From Alteromonadaceae bacterium (lineage in GTDB: Bacteria > Pseudomonadota > Gammaproteobacteria > Enterobacterales > Alteromonadaceae): a DNA stretch of 64,000 bases. The position numbers and the translations under genes are program-made. Below, piece after piece: positions 63,163-64,000 of this stretch. The stretch covers positions 12,457-76,456 of the forward strand of contig CAXRBI010000099.1 in the NCBI GenBank assembly GCA_964229075.1, read 5' to 3'. Numbering within the stretch: the stretch's first letter is position 1; each line of letters starts with the position of its first letter. The notes below the pieces were generated by a model. That model was not told where the DNA came from and did not search any database. It was given only the letters and a program-made list of their open reading frames with translations.

Positions 63163-64000
63163 CTAACTGTAGCAAGTTGGCGATCTAGGACATACGTTGC
63201 CCCTAGAGCAAATCAGCTTTGCTTCTGAGTCGATGGCGCGTTCTACCCAATTAATGTTGAGTATTCTAGCCACGCTCATTAGATCTTGATGAGCCGCCCT
63301 TGGTACTTTGGCACTGCCGCCTTGGCTTACACAGGCCTGCTGCAGTTCACTGGCAATATCCAAAGCGTCACGCCCTTGTGCAGTGATTGCAGGGTTCAAA
63401 TCAATGCCAGCACATAACACGTGACTGTTGCCTGCGAGATCTTTGACGTTGATTGACTCACAAACATAGATTCTTGGCTCATTATTTACATTCATTATCG
63501 ATAGCTGGGCAGAAGTGCCTTGGCTAGGGGCGGTGATCATGTTGAAGACTGCCCAATGTTGGCACGGATCATCCACCTTCGTCATATTACCCCAGGGCAA
63601 GGGAATGCCATTGCCTCGATAAACCGCTTTTAATTTACCTGGTGAATACGCATCAAAGTAATGCCAATGAGAATATGGTGATACCGCCGTCATCCGGCGC
63701 ATGGCAACAGATGCGGAGACGTCGGCCAGCGTATGACTCGAAATTTCATAGCCTTGACGGTCAAGCAATTGCCTAAAGGGCACCTTTGGACACAGAAGTG
63801 CACCAGCAAAAAAGCTGGATTCAAAGTCGTGCCAAGCGTGAAGGATATCTTTTGGATCGACGCTGTTACTATAGGGCTCGATGCTGCTATTTACTTGTTG
63901 GCTACTGCCAACGGACATCACCGTTTTTAGACTGTCTTTGGTATGCAAAATTGCATGGCCTATGTGCACCGCCAATTCGTACTTTAAGCGCCTTGGAAAT
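63163..64000 (-). CDS. DUF3612-like protein, 5-prime end outside the window
   Basis: Frame stays open to the window edge; ESSFFAGALLCPK, HWHYFDAY.PG.LKAVYRGNGIPLPWGNM, C-terminal Cys cluster. Confidence 0.65.
   Translation of the reverse strand, partial: FPRRLKYELAVHIGHAILHTKDSLKTVMSVGSSQQVNSSIEPYSNSVDPKDILHAWHDFESSFFAGALLCPKVPFRQLLDRQGYEISSHTLADVSASVAMRRMTAVSPYSHWHYFDAYSPGKLKAVYRGNGIPLPWGNMTKVDDPCQHWAVFNMITAPSQGTSAQLSIMNVNNEPRIYVCESINVKDLAGNSHVLCAGIDLNPAITAQGRDALDIASELQQACVSQGGSAKVPRAAHQDLMSVARILNINWVERAIDSEAKLICSRGNVCPRSPTCYS

Overview
64 kb of chromosomal backbone from a marine-type gammaproteobacterium. Gene order and content look Alteromonadales-like; this taxonomy is inferred. Left to right the window holds: two orphan substrate-binding proteins and a PrsT-like TPR lipoprotein; an accessory two-gene operon encoding a complete non-haem iron lipoxygenase and a MEST/epoxide-hydrolase-like alpha/beta hydrolase (candidate oxylipin pathway); a phosphate supercluster (PiT, DUF47, phoU-pstBAC, pstS, phoBR, porin, phosphoesterase) with five recognisable Pho-box promoters; dyp, argR, mdh, ispB, rplU-rpmA-obgE-folA; a REC-REC-PAS-GGDEF-EAL protein; and queA-tgt-yajC-secDF-yajQ. 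Next is a 1.25-kb ORF-free gap containing two tandem, paralogous CsrB/Rsm-like GGA-repeat sRNA genes, each with its own UvrY/GacA-type box and terminator. It is followed by a kinase + membrane-PAS protein + NarL regulator cluster facing a PilZ-tailed chemoreceptor, then slyD, ygfZ, sdhE-ygfX, nadB, rpoE-rseABC, yqiJK (flotillin), lepA-lepB-rnc-era-recO-pdxJ-acpS and a truncated DUF3612-like gene. One ERIC-like 128-bp inverted-repeat element lies between rpmA and obgE. I saw no tRNA, rRNA, transposase, prophage or CRISPR array. All calls come from motif recognition by eye; no searches were run.
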